Positions 39,121 to 52,058 are shown, counted from the first letter of the whole stretch. The stretch is 62,354 nucleotides of DNA, filler included, from Rhabdomonas costata (GCA_019059605.1; 36 parts of 36 records of this genome joined end to end with filler, not necessarily neighbours in it); one strand, 5' to 3'. Numbers and translations are program-made. The notes: generated from the letters alone by a model not told the origin.

Positions 39121-39916
39121 GTTAAAGCACCCCGAATGCAAGCACTCTGAGGAAAGACCTTTTTCGCGACCAATGATACCAATCACAGACCCTTTTTTTT
39201 CTAAAAAATGCGGCCTAAGCTTCGGGGGGCATCGGAATAATACCTGAAACGCAAATCGAGGAACAAAACACCCCGAGCTCCATGATGGGCCGCGGTTAAA
39301 ATTTCGGATAGAATTTCATCTTTGTTTTTGGTTCTTAGATTTTTCATGGTGGCAAGTTTTGCTTCCTCCCCCTCTGATTCCCACTTGATGGTACTTAGCT
39401 CCCCTCGGTATTGCGCTGCCTATGGAAGACCTCCACTAGGGGGTGGAAATCTGTGCCCTTGTGCTCAGGATTCGCGTTTAGGTCGCTTGGGTCTCCTCGA
39501 GTCCTCTGCGCTGCCCTTGAGCCGCACTTTTCCTTTCCCCTACTAATCCCCTGTGTGTATTGATCAACCGCAAATCTCTACCCGCACTATGTGGATGGAT
39601 TGATCGCCTATCTTCTCCTGTTTCAGAGGCCTTCCTCGCTAGGAGGGGGTCTTTTGCGATATAAACACCTCAAACACTTGTAAATGTGGATCACCCCTCG
39701 CTTGATTTCTCCGCGGACTCTGCTCCCAATGCGCTCAATTTGGTCCAAGGCAAACTCTGCTAACACGTGCCAACGATGCACGCTGCACTCTTCAGGGGCT
39801 TGGACTTTCAACAANNNNNNNNNNNNNNNNNNNNNNNNNNNNNNNNNNNNNNNNNNNNTTAATTAATTAANNNNNNNNNNNNNNNNNNNNNNNNNNNNNN
39901 NNNNNNNNNNNNNNTG

Positions 39917-40011
39917 TTTGTTGCAAACAGATGCAGCCTAAACCCTTAAGGCATACATACGGGCTATCTACATCTGCATTAAGGGTTTAGGCTGCATCTG
40001 TTTGCAACAAA
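39917..40011. repeat. 33-bp perfect inverted repeat at the fragment start
   Basis: TTTGTTGCAAACAGATGCAGCCTAAACCCTTAA (39917-39949) pairs with 39979-40011. Confidence 0.92.
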
Positions 40012-40481
40012 TGGCACTGTTGTCCGTCCATGTACTGTACGTAGAAGGGAGTGCAGATGGAAAGGGAGCCTGTCAGACATTTTTGGCAGGAAGTCTCAAT
40101 CTTTGTTCCCGTGGGAAAGGAAAAAGCGTCGAAGCGTCCAGCATGCCAAAGTTCACACAAGCTTAGCAAATGTGGTGGGAAGGAACGACCTACTGTACGG
40201 AAACCTGTGCCGCAATAGGTGAATGCTCTTCTTCCAAATTCAAACTGGTTTCCAACGGCTTCGGCTTTCAGGTTGCGGCATTGCTGGGGACGACAGTTTC
40301 CTTTGAACGTGTTTTAATTCAAGAGAAACCTTGCAACTAGAAGAGGGCGGGGCAACAAAAAGAAAAAGACGGCGGCCATAGAAGAATAAAGGTTTTGATG
40401 AATGAGATCATACAGCAGTGAGGAGACCCTCCCGTTAGTAGGCGAGTGTCAACGATGGCGGAGCAAAAGGCGCAAGCACGC

Positions 40482-40701
40482 CTGCGAATGGGTCCACGAC
40501 AAGCTTGAGGTCCCCACAGCGAACCGCCAGAAGCTCTGTGTTAAAGAACGCGTGGAGGAACACACAGGGGTGGCCCAAGGGGTGGGCAAGTACGCTGCGG
40601 CCCTCCAGCACGGCCACCGGAGGGCCACCAGAGGCTACCAGGCCAGCGTAGTGCAGCACCGTCGGAACCACGTCGCTAAGCGTGTGCAGCCCTCCCAGCA
40701 C
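40482..40701 (-). CDS. Exon of a sulfatase/alkaline-phosphatase-superfamily protein (C-terminal region)
   Basis: tctcag|VLGGLHTLSDVVPTVLHYAGL...LEGRSVL...LLAVRCGDLKLVVD matches DxxPTxLxxaG...dGrSl...avRxGxwKli. Confidence 0.7.
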
Positions 40702-41993
40702 CTGAGAAATGCGGGAAGGGTCCGGGAGAAGAAAAGCAAAAAAGCAGAAAAGCCCCAGCAGGCAAGAACACCACCCAGCACAACTGTACACTGCAATGAG
40801 CACGACACTGCAAAACAGAAGTCGAACAAGTGATCAAGTGATCAAGTAAATCAAGTGCGTTTGTCAAAGGGTAATCAAACGCAACACATTGGTATAACCA
40901 TTTGTGAATCATACCAATTGAATTTGCGAGGGCAATCTGTGAAGAACACCTACCAAATCCCAAAACAGGGAAAAAAATGAAGTCCCACACAACCCAAGCA
41001 CATATGTGCTACCCTCTGGTTCTCCCTGGCAGATGGATATCAGGCCGCAGTTAGGAGGTATCGGCAAATCACCCTTCTTCAAACTTGTTCACACACACAC
41101 TCTACAAAATATTTCGACAACCCCAGATAAAAAGAGAAAAGGAAAAGGATCAAGTAACCAGAGGCGGGGCAGGTTCCTGGCTGGTATCCACAGGGCCCGT
41201 CACGAGCCTTTTCCGCAGTCCCGGGGCATGGATCAGCACAGGTACCCGCACACACTGTTGGGTTTTGGTTTGCTACGTGGCGAGCAAGGCTGAAAGGCAC
41301 AGGAAGCGCTGCATGGTATGAAGTCCTACATTTTAATGATTAACAAATATAACGAACATTTCAACATGAAACAATTGAAAGCACAGTGGCTGCAATGATG
41401 AATAGAGGATGTCTGTCAGTTTGCAAGTGCAAGTCCTCCAGTGAAAGGGTGGGCAGGTTAGAAAAACTGCAGGGCAGGAAGGCTAGCGCCCCACACCTCA
41501 CCAAAGAGACAGAGTCTACACCCAAGTCTGCACAGTCTTAAACACCCACNNNNNNNNNNNNNNNNNNNNNNNNNNNNNNNNNNNNNNNNNNNNTTAATTA
41601 ATTAANNNNNNNNNNNNNNNNNNNNNNNNNNNNNNNNNNNNNNNNNNNNTTGTTGTTTGAAAGGAAAAGTTTGATTTTGTTTGTTTGAAAAAAGAATGAA
41701 CGAGCCGGGACAGAGCCAGCCACACAGAGGGGGCACCGGTCCAGTCCAAGAGATGGCAACGGTCCTGCCGGTCCCATCGGTAGGTTCAGCGCCAAGAAAG
41801 CCCATTCGGGCGGGAGAATTTCTGGAGGAAAAAGATGAACCGGCGTGCCGTTCGGGGTGCCGTTCGTTTTTGAAAAACTCTGGGTCAAAAGCGCAACCAC
41901 CCAAAGCTCCAAAAATAACAGTAAAGGAAGCCTCTGTTAACAAAAAGAGTTTCATAAAAGAGCAGCCAAGGAAACATTGGGCATAGCAGACAC

Positions 41994-43284
41994 CTTTCTA
42001 ACGCAAGGAATGAGTTCTCGCACGTTGCCACTTCGAGAAACTTCGATCGAGAGGCAAGCAGTGATGCCTTGGCCTCGCCATCTTCGAGCTTCAGCACGGC
42101 CATCTGGCTCATCCCATGGGCCAGCCGGAACAAAGGAATGGTGATCAGAGCGGAGATCACGACGCTGCTGAGCAGCCCCAAGCCTACCACCGCGCCCATG
42201 GTGACGCCCACCATCCTCATCACAGCGGCATTGATGTCCTATAACAACAGGAAGAAACAGAACAGAAAAAACAGAAGCAAAAGGAGTTGTGCACCCCCCC
42301 CCTCCCTAGTAAAGCTGCAAGAAATACCTTCAAACCTTTTCTGAAGTGCTTTGCTTTTGCCTTTTTCAAAGGGGGTCCTTCGTTGGCAGAGACACCAGCT
42401 GGCTCGAATGGCCACTAGCTCGCGTGAGGCGGTGTAGCCCTTGCGAGATTGGTAGATGGCAGGTTGCATAGGACGTTGTTCAAGAAATAGTTTAGTGGGA
42501 AGAGGTGACCTGAGCGGCTAAGGCACACTATTTCCCGCGATGACCAAACCCAGTAAAAGTCGAAATAAAAGTCAAATAAACCTCCCTTATAACACTGGGC
42601 AAATGGAACTTGAGAAAACCAACCTTAAACAAAGTGGTTTCGGACATAACGACGCTGGTCTGCCATGAAAGCCCAAGATTGTCCGACAGGGCCTGACCAA
42701 AGTGGAAGTAGCTCGAGCTCCCCTGCCTGAAGTGGAAGTTGGGTGCGGTGAACAGGCCATCGACACCGCAGCCCAGAAGGGACTGCCCCGCCGCGGCCAC
42801 AACGGCATCGGGGCTTTGGTCAGCCCGGTACCGAACCACTGCGATCCCCATGTCGCAGCTGCTGCACGGCTGCTCAAAGTACACCCCGCCGTGCGAGGTC
42901 CCCACCAGTAGCCCACCACGGGACTCGAAAACGAAGGCTCGCCCCCCATCACCAAGCATCGCGTCCGTGCTCACCAGTTGAAGCAGGAACAGGTTCAGGA
43001 AGTCCAGCAGCAGGTCCTTCCCAAGCTGCCCCACACACTGCCCGCTCTCATCGATCACCGCGACGTTGCATTGGAGGATGAGGAATGCGGGACGAGTAAT
43101 GGTTGGGTTGATGGCGGAGTAGCCTGGATTGAATCGGTTTGCGGCAGAGGAGCGCCAGCCAACACTGCGACCCATGGGACCGGTCGTCCAGTACATGGCT
43201 TCACTCTGGTTGTGCGGCACATTGAGGAGGATCGGAGAATTCCATATCGGCTTGAGGTTACTGTCCAAGGGGTAGAGCTCCTCG
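41994..43284 (-). CDS. Cache-like extracellular domain + TM + HAMP membrane receptor (exons 43284-42624, 42238-41994)
   Basis: VAVIDESGQCVGQLGKDLLLDFLNLFL...GRAFVFESRGGLLVGTSHG...DNLGLSWQTSVVMSETTLFK-DINAAVMR TM(VGVTMGAVVGLGLLSSVVISALI)TIPLFRLAHGMSQMAVLKLE...SKFLEVATCENSFLALE; GT-AG join. Confidence 0.85.
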
Positions 43285-45581
43285 NNNNNNNNNNNNNNNN
43301 NNNNNNNNNNNNNNNNNNNNNNNNNNNNTTAATTAATTAANNNNNNNNNNNNNNNNNNNNNNNNNNNNNNNNNNNNNNNNNNNNTGGGGTCGGATGACCC
43401 GCCTCGGACCCGCACCCTGTCGTGCCCTGCCGTGCCACGTGGGTCGCCTCCATCATCCAAACCGCCGTGGACAGCGCGTTACACACCTTGGAGTCCAGGT
43501 CCGCGGCGGTCTCGTTCGCATAGGCGCAGCTAGTTTTCAGCTTCTAAAAATACCCAGCAATAAAAAAGATGACAAAGCTCGACTTTGCTGTTTTAAGGTC
43601 AATAATTCCACAGCTCGAACCATTCAGTGGAGATCTCGAAAATCCACTGTGTCTTCAAGACAAAAATTTGTCTTATTAAAAAACTATTTTTGGCACTTGT
43701 TTCATCTTTCCTACCCTCTGATATTTTTCCGCGTGTAGGTACACTTGTCATGAAATGTACCGGTACGGGGGTTTTTTGACTAAGGCGTTTTACAAAAGGG
43801 ACAAACGGCTATCTTTTGACCGTATAAAGGCCGCAAGCAGACCCCAGGTTGACATCTTGTAATGATTCCTCTTTCCAGTGGTAGAGCCCATGAGCACTTT
43901 GTTTTGGTGTAGGAGAGCGGCAGTTCCGTGGACAGTAGGGGATCTCCTAGATCCTCGAGATGATCAAAATTGGACTTTTTAAGGTCATTTTTGGACGATA
44001 TGTGGTACAGTGGAAATTTTTCGGCCCCCAAAATGCTGCAGCATGAACATAACTTCCTCTGCGGATGTCTTCACGTGATGCAAAGAATTTTTTCGGGTAA
44101 GGTGGTAATTAGCAGGTATTGCGTGTCTTTGAATATGAGCAAAAAAGCCAGTATTCCCTAGTCTATACAGCTTTTATACCAAAATTCTTTGCAGTTTTTC
44201 TTCAATTCATATGAAAGTAATTTTAGGGTCAATAATTCACAAGCTCAAACTTCGCTTTCCCACATTGGGTCAATGTTGGATTTTATGGTACGCTGTAGGC
44301 TACCTGATGTCAAAAAGTGTACTTCATGAGAACGTAATATTACCGCACATCATTATATCCAACTCCATTCATGTTTCGCAAGCTGCAACTAGTTTTTTTA
44401 GCTATCTATCAGCTTATATCAAACGGCAACATCCATTCAAAGGTGATTGCGGATGATCTGCAATCTTTCAAAGAAGCAATAGCCTGTACTATGATTATGA
44501 TCACACCACATGTGATTGTGTCAGTTACAGAAGCGTAGCTGAGAAAACAAGTCATGTGGTGTGCTTTGGCTTCGCCACTTCTAACAAACACGCGCACTTA
44601 AGGTGGTGTGAGTGTGCCATTTGTCCTTTCACATATTCTATTCTCGGCTTGTGCGCAGAAGAAAGGCGAGCACAGCAACAGCCAAACAGTACGAATCAAG
44701 GCAGGTCAAAGACAAACACAGAACAACTTACGATACACAGCTCCACCGCACAAACCTTCACAAAACCTCTTGCGCTGCACCCTGAAAACTCAACCCCTAC
44801 AACCGAAACCACAAGCAAATACAAGAGGAAAGATTTTAAACACACCACACTTCAACACATTGTGGTACGAAATTATCAAACTCCTACTCCAACACGTCAG
44901 TTCAAAAAGCCACCAATCACTTCTTCAACTCGATGTGGAAAATTTTGAAGATTCAATTTGAAGTAGTCTTCTTCAAAATCCGCGGTATTTTTGACCATCA
45001 CCACATCGTCCTCAAAAACCNNNNNNNNNNNNNNNNNNNNNNNNNNNNNNNNNNNNNNNNNNNNTTAATTAATTAANNNNNNNNNNNNNNNNNNNNNNNN
45101 NNNNNNNNNNNNNNNNNNNNTTTTTTGTGTCCCTCCAGCACTACCCCGGTCCTCTTTCCCCTTTTCTTTTCTGCGCTTTTGCCCGCTCGGTAAAACAGAC
45201 CGTTAGATATTGTTGTTTTCAATTGCCTTCTTTTCTTGCTTGTCTTGTTTCTGCGCCGCTGTGGAGCCCCCCAGCCTTCAGTAGTTGGATCACAGCTCAA
45301 CACAAGAAAGTTGGCTCCATTCCAGTCATCCATCTCGTTTGAAGATGTGCTTTTCTAAAGGTGCCCCGCCGCCTTCTTCCCTTTCCAATGCCTCCCCCTC
45401 GAGTACCGACGAGGTTCCCCTTTCCCGGCCCCATGGGGGTCGCCGCCGCAACTCCGCTGCGCGAAGGGCCCGCAGGATCCCTCTTGGGTCCTCACAGAGT
45501 ACAGAGGTACTTGCCCTGGACACCTGCCCGGAGGACCCATCGCGGGACCTCACCTTCCCGCGCACCACCCCCTCCCCTCAG

Positions 45582-46160
45582 CAATTTCGGTGCGCCATGC
45601 GGTACGGGATGGCCGTGGGCCCGGTGACGCTGGGCGTGCTGCAGGGCAGACGGCCTGCGTTCGACGTCTGGGGAAAGATCGTCAACCTGGCCGCCCGAAT
45701 GGAGGTGTGCTGTTTGTGCTCGATGGGTCCCAAGACTGCTTATAACTTAGCCCAAGCGTTCATGCGGGGAAAAGCACAGGTTGTGCTGTCTCCCCTTGTC
45801 CACACTCGAACACAGTACTCTAGGCATACACTAGCTTCGAATCGTGAGTCGTGGACCTTCGCTCGGCTGTGAACGGGCTTGTGTATTTCACAGTATTTGT
45901 ATCCAGTGCACGCGACTGGGAAGACCACATTCACTTGCCTTTGCTTTCGGCTGTCATTTCAGAGCACAAGCAAGCCCTGCCTGGTGCAGTGCGAGGAGTC
46001 CGCCTTCCAGGCCGTCTCGCAGGACCCATGCAGCCCCTTCACATGGGAGCCCCCTCACCAGACCCACGCGAAGGGCTTCGGGACGGTTCGGGCGCACTTC
46101 CTGCGCGCGACGACGGTGCCCCTGCCCCCGGAGGAGCTCCTCGCAGCACTGTCTTTGCAG
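45582..46160 (+). CDS. Class III adenylate/guanylate cyclase catalytic domain, C-terminal part (exons ~45582-45704, 45963-~46160)
   Basis: MRYGMAVGPVTLGVLQGRRPAFDVWGKIVNLAARME-STSKPCLVQCEES...HAKGFGTVRAHFL; catalytic N and R of VNxAxRME retained. Confidence 0.92.
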
Positions 46161-47429
46161 GCTATGCTGCGGATTTCCATTGTTAGCCCAGGGGCTCGGG
46201 GTGAAATCAGCCGCGGCCATCTCACGGTTTGTATTGCGTCTGTTTTTCGGCTCGGTTTGGATTAGTGCGTGAGATTGATCTTTTTAGTTTGAGATATTAG
46301 AGTGAGAGTGGGAGAGGTGACCTTCCCCTTTTTCAACCCTTCGCAGGAAATAGGTGAAAGTTGCGTAGTAGTGGAAGGCGATGTGCGTTTTCCTCCCCGG
46401 AACTCAACTCTTCACGCAGGGTTTGTCATTGTCTGCCCAATTGTACAACTCAGCGTTGCTCGTCGCACTGTCGGAATGGATACTTAAGTCGCGCCTGAGG
46501 GGGAAAGTGGGTTTGCACATGCACACGGTGATAAAGGATTGCTGTTAAACAAAATGGCATGCCGCGCACACCGTCGCAGCAACAATGGCAACACCCCATT
46601 TTATAGGAGTTTTGATTCAAAAAGTGTATTTCCCATTTTGAATAGGACACCCCGTACATACGAACATCAGTGATAAGCTAAGACTTTATACTTTATTTAT
46701 ACTTTTATTTACTTTTTATTGTCAAAGAAGCGCTAAACGCTTGCCCCCCACAACNNNNNNNNNNNNNNNNNNNNNNNNNNNNNNNNNNNNNNNNNNNNTT
46801 AATTAATTAANNNNNNNNNNNNNNNNNNNNNNNNNNNNNNNNNNNNNNNNNNNNTGGGGGGGGGGGGGGGGGGGCTTGAGCATGCTGAATGTTAAGCACT
46901 GCATAACATTCTTAGCATTTGCAGATCATGGGCTTTGACAGACAAAAAGGGGTGAAGGCCAGGCCGAGGCGCTACTGTAGCGGGTGGCTCGGGTGGGTGG
47001 TTCCATGGTGGGATGCTCTGTTTCGAGAAGAGAATCGGAGGTGAGCAGTCTTGTGAGTGCACAGTGTCTGTCTGTTCTGATTCACAATTCTTGCGTCCTT
47101 GGGTTTTTAAACCGTCTCTCCGAAATTTGGGAGCCTTTTCTTGCAGGATGGATGACACAAATCCTGTGCGACATAGAGTTTTTCGGTAGACTTGTTCAAG
47201 ATTTTGCGTTTTCCGACGCCTCATTTAAACAATCCCCTAGCTGCTGTTACATATCTCATCTCCCTCGCCTCCCTCCCACCACCGCCTCTCTGTTTCTATT
47301 TCTGAGGAACCCTTTCGCCCAACTCGTCAAGCCCATGTACATGGTTTGACCGAAGCAACACAGTGTTCAGAAACGCTCAATAAGGAAGCGAGGAGCGTGA
47401 AAAAAAGGAATGCAATCGGTGATGCAGAC

Positions 47430-48013
47430 CCAGGCCTCATTGAGCTTGAGCAAGTCATCGCCAGAGCTGTTCAAGGTGATCAGGGTGTTCCGAACTGCAT
47501 CTGGGGTGGCCTCTGATAAACAGTCGAAAGCGCGCAGAAGATCCAACCAGACACTGCTGTTTCTCGCAGCAGCGTTCTGCCAACACACACCCGCACAACT
47601 CACCCACTTTAGTGGGTGAAAAACTGCATATTTTTGCCCTGTGCACGGCTACTGCCGTGAAATACGGCACTCTATACCATAAAAAACATGGTAGATCTCT
47701 TACTGACCTCTGGAAATCCACTGTTGCGGAAGGTCAAGTTGTTGGCCAGTGCATCACAATACACATAAATGAGAGGAGCTTATATGACGCAGCCACGCGC
47801 ATATGAGTGAACACAGAAGGATGCGCCAAAGCGTATTCCGCCTGATGGTGATGGTACAGGGGTACAGGATGGAGTCAGGCAACCTTGTGCGAGCACGGCG
47901 GAGCCCTTTGTATCAAGCTCTTGAACGTGTGTATGCGCGACTGTCATTCGTGTGCCAAGTTCCCAGAGCAGCGCAGGGTCAAAGAGGTACGAAATGACTT
48001 GTATCTGTTGTAT
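47430..48013 (-). CDS. Probable multi-exon hypothetical protein
   Basis: Three AG/GT-bounded open segments, the first two phase-compatible: IQQIQVISYLFDPALLWELG...AQ-VDFQRSVRDLPCFLWYRVPYF...-NAAARNSSVWLDLLRAFDCL. No family recognised. Confidence 0.4.
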
Positions 48014-48649
48014 CTGTGCGCGGATCCGATGAGCCATCGACATTTATGTCGGGGTGAAGATGAAGGTGGGGCAGAGTGGGAAAACCTTTCACGGTGGCTG
48101 GAGGGTGCCTTCTCTGAGCAGAGCGAGGGAAAGAAAAGAACCATCACGGCTGTAGAAACGAGTATCGTAATGGGCTGAAACAATATGCGGGGGAGAGGGG
48201 GGGCTCCGTCCCAGGTCCTTTTTTGCCGTAACCACTGGAGGTGAAGACTTTGAACGTTGAGTTCGCAGATGGTGGTTTTGCTGTGGTGGGCGAGTGTTTT
48301 GCTTTGTACACTTTCTGTTGTGCGAGAAGGGCGGGGGACGGGTGAGCAAATCACTGAACTGGTGAACTGCCAGTGGCATGTGTCCGATAAGAACAAGGAG
48401 CAGCCATGGCTGCACAGCCAACAGAAGACTCGAAAGCCAGGACGTCGGTGGCATACCATGCTGGAAGCAAGTACTCAAAAACCACCCCCNNNNNNNNNNN
48501 NNNNNNNNNNNNNNNNNNNNNNNNNNNNNNNNNTTAATTAATTAANNNNNNNNNNNNNNNNNNNNNNNNNNNNNNNNNNNNNNNNNNNNGGGGTTTGTGG
48601 GATGCTTGCTTTCAAGTAATTCCCACGACTGGAGCAATAACATGCACAC

Positions 48650-50075
48650 CAAAAGCCGTAGCCGCTCCGTCAGCGTGGTCGGCTTGGTGTTCCCTTGCCA
48701 ACCGCGCCGTTGGGGTGGCCTCGCGCTGCTTGGCCTGCTCGCGGCGATCAAGGATCCAGTCGTAAGTGCTGATGCCACGAAAATGCAGCATGATGTGGAA
48801 GCCCCACAGGTGGGCCAGCAGGCAGACAGTCACGAGGCTCAGCACCGCGGTGATTGCAAGAATGATTTGATAGCCCTAAGTGTCGAAACGGCTGCAAAAG
48901 ACAACTGTTAACGTCCTTATACAACGCAAAGTACATCACAAACCATTCCGGCTGTAGGGTTTTCTGCGTTTTCGACGCTGTTGGGCACACAGACAAGCGA
49001 CGAAAAATTATCTTGGCATTCCTTTTTCAACAACCTGCACGCTCAACAGAGCTAGAAGTTGCATACTCCCGAATGGGGGCAAAAGTTTGCTTCAAACTTT
49101 CTTCATTAATTTGGAGTCTTTTTCGCTCGGGAAAGTAGAGGTATGAAAATCCGCTCAGAATCCTCGAGAACCCCGACCCACCCCATCTTGCGTGAGTGAT
49201 TTATTGAAAAGAAGACTTTCTTCGGAGAAAGAAAGCAAACAACAACAGTCTCACACGGAATGGCGTGCAATCGTTTTTGAAGGTCAGAATTCGGAATTCA
49301 ATGAGCACTGGAACATATTATGCATAAAAGGTCGTCCTTTTTGGGGCAGGCGTTGAAGTGAGGCCGTCCTTGGGAGGTGAGCTTGTGTTCTCACTTTTTC
49401 TCACCACTCAAACGCTCGTTACCTACCACAGCTCGTCCTCTTAGAATGAATCATACCCAGAACACGGAGACTTCGCCCCCCCCCCCGCCCTTGCTGCGTG
49501 CACACCGTGCGAAACCAAAGCAGACTCCGAGGTCTTCTGTGTAAGAATGATCCGCACGAAATATAGTTTGAGGGCGAAATGCAGAAGCGGAGGGTTCATT
49601 GACGGCACCCACAACGTTTGTAAAAAAAATCCCCTTTGATTCCTGTCTCCTTTGCGCTTTCTTTCTCTTTCTCTCACTTCCGTTCCTTTCCGCCACCAAA
49701 ATCTAATCTGCTTGATTGTTGCGAAAGGAAAAAGAGACCGTTCTGCGCCCCGCAAGAGTGTCCTTGAACTGAACTATTGTGACAGTGCCGTGCATTTTTT
49801 TGCTTCATTGAAAAATAGTTGGACAAATAGCAAAATAAGACGCTATGGCGGCACTCGCGTCAGTTGTGCCCAAGGGCACCACCACCATGAGGTAAACCGG
49901 AGCCGTTCCAAAACAGAAATGCGAAGAACGGCACACCAGAACGCTGAGCTTCAAAGAGGTAAGTCTATCCTCGTAGTACCCCCTGTCCAGAAAGGTGTTT
50001 ACAAATTGGTAAATGTCCACACCCAGCTGGAACGTTGCCGCGGAGAGAGTAGTTGAAAGAAAGCTGAAAAACAGC
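48650..50075 (-). CDS. DHHC palmitoyltransferase (ZDHHC1/11-like), post-DHHC exons 50075-49937 and 48875-48650
   Basis: (NY)RLFFSFLSTTLSAATFQL...LSVL-GYQIILAITAVLSLVTVCLLAHLWGFHIMLHFRGISTYDWI (TTxE-type motif); GT-AG phase-0 join. Confidence 0.85.
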
Positions 50076-50324
50076 CTGTACGGAAACAAGCACTGAAGCA
50101 CAGTCGAAAGCCAACGACGCCAAAGACGAGAGGGAGCGGTGCGTCAGCCCGCAGTTTTTCGCCGCATCGGAAACACAGAACCAGCTAGGCAGAGTATACC
50201 AGGCCACAACAGTTCCCACACCCCNNNNNNNNNNNNNNNNNNNNNNNNNNNNNNNNNNNNNNNNNNNNTTAATTAATTAANNNNNNNNNNNNNNNNNNNN
50301 NNNNNNNNNNNNNNNNNNNNNNNN

Positions 50325-50651
50325 GGGTTTGTTGCACATCGTCGTTGGAAGCATTGTGAAAGTGTTGCTGCCAGGGTCAAACAGTTCACAACTGGAGAGA
50401 GACGCGCTACCGTCATGCCCTCCAAAAATGAAAACGCGGCCTCCCTGGACAACAGCACAGGCACTTTGGCGCTTGCTGCACATTGCCGTGGCCAGCATTG
50501 TGAAAGTGTTGCTGCTTGGGTCAAACACTTCACAACTGGAGAGAACCGTGCTCCCGTCATATCCTCCAAATATAAAAATGCGCCCACCATGTTCTACCGC
50601 ACAGGGCAAAACCCGCTTGCTGCACATGTCCACGGTAAGGGAAAAGCTCAT
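50325..50651 (-). CDS. Kelch-repeat protein, 5' part (two near-identical ~47-aa repeats)
   Basis: MCSKR..CAVEHGGRIFIFGGYDGSTVLSSCEVFDPSSNTFTML and MCSKRQSACAVVQGGRVFIFGGHDGSASLSSCELFDPGSNTFTML; ATG at 50651 just after a pyrimidine tract + AG. Confidence 0.9.
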
Positions 50652-50869
50652 TCTCGGTGTGAAAAAACCTCGAAAAGTAAACGAGTGCACAGAGATCTCT
50701 GAAGCAGCAGAACCGGAAGAAGAAGAAGAAGAAGGGGAGGGGGGCAAGAAGACGAGGAACCACATGGCACAGACCCCACCTTCTCGAAGATCAAAAAGAA
50801 GAACCTTTTGGCTTACAGGGTGCGACCTTGTGACTTCTAGTGAACTAATTTTGGAGATTTCTAAAAAGC

Positions 50870-51958
50870 CCGCCAACGCACAACCCGCTCCCATCTCACG
50901 GCGGAGAAGCTTGGAGCACTTGCCCAGCAGTCGAAGAATCCCACGATGGCGACGTACAGCAGGCGGTTCGTAGGCAGGACGGCGTCTGCTTGAACGCTGC
51001 TCCCATCCGCCCGCAAGAAGAACAAGGTGCTGCAGGGCGGTATCCAGCTGAGCGGAGAGTTGCTGAGTTGTTTCTCCAGAAGTGGCCGCAAGTAGTTGTC
51101 GAACCGGCGGGGAGCACTCCCATCGAGCAACAAGGCCCTGCCATTCCTCGGAGGAGGATAACTCGTGACTCCGAGAAAAAGGAGAGGAGGAAGCTTCGGT
51201 CGAGGACACTTCCAAACAACGGTCCAGGAAGAGGAGGGCCGCAGCTCAGCCACAACGGGACTGTGAACCCCCTCGACGATGCCGGAGTCCACGCGAACAC
51301 GGGCCACCAGGCCCATGGCAGCCCGATTGCCCAAAGTAAGTCACACCGAGACTGTTTACTCACGCCAAGGGTGGTGCCCCGGAAGGTGTAGGCGAACTCC
51401 TCGGGAGACACAGTCATACACAGATCAACAAGAGGTCCCACAGGCCCAAGGAGTCGAGACAGTAATCCACAAACAGGACCGTCCCCCGAGGTGTAGTCGC
51501 GGTCGGGGGAGATGGTCCCGTTGAAGTCCCCGCAAAACATGGTGGGGACCTGCATGTCCAGGATGGAGACCAGCGACAGGAACTCCCCGATGAACGCAGC
51601 ACGCTCAGGGTCTTTCTGTACAGGGGCGTAGACCGAGAAGACGTGCAGACCCTGTGGGAGACCAGGGCGAGGAGGAACAGCAACGCCGTTGAAGCGAGCC
51701 ATAGCATGGAGGCGCCGCCATGCTGGTCCACGAGGAAGGAGTGGAGAAACTGCAAGCCCAGGGGAAGCCAGAAGAGCAACCCCACAACTGTCCCCATGTA
51801 GGCCACCAGAGCGATGTACAGCAGCCGGGTGGCCATGATGGAAGGTGTAACCGGAATGAGACAAAGCCCGGCGGGAACGCTCCAAAGGAATAGGGGCCAG
51901 CTTCGTCTCTTGCAAAGCCCAAAGCTGGACACCCAAAGGTTCCAGGCTACCCAAAAAC
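50870..51958 (-). mobile_element. Non-LTR (LINE) retrotransposon APE endonuclease domain + linker, frameshifted and 3'-truncated
   Basis: LWALQETKL, CGVALLA, VFSVYAP, MFCGDFNG, AYTF, SRCDLL, GVHSPV motifs of the APE/EEP family; frameshifts at ~51334 and ~51178; intronless; no RT domain follows. Confidence 0.88.
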
Positions 51959-52058
51959 NNNNNNNNNNNNNNNNNNNNNNNNNNNNNNNNNNNNNNNNNN
52001 NNTTAATTAATTAANNNNNNNNNNNNNNNNNNNNNNNNNNNNNNNNNNNNNNNNNNNN

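Noticed and set aside
46671..46725. T-rich TACTTTATT repeats resembling the 3' end of a euglenozoan spliced leader
   Set aside because: No CAGTTTCTGTA or euglenid SL core and no GT donor context; simple low-complexity sequence.
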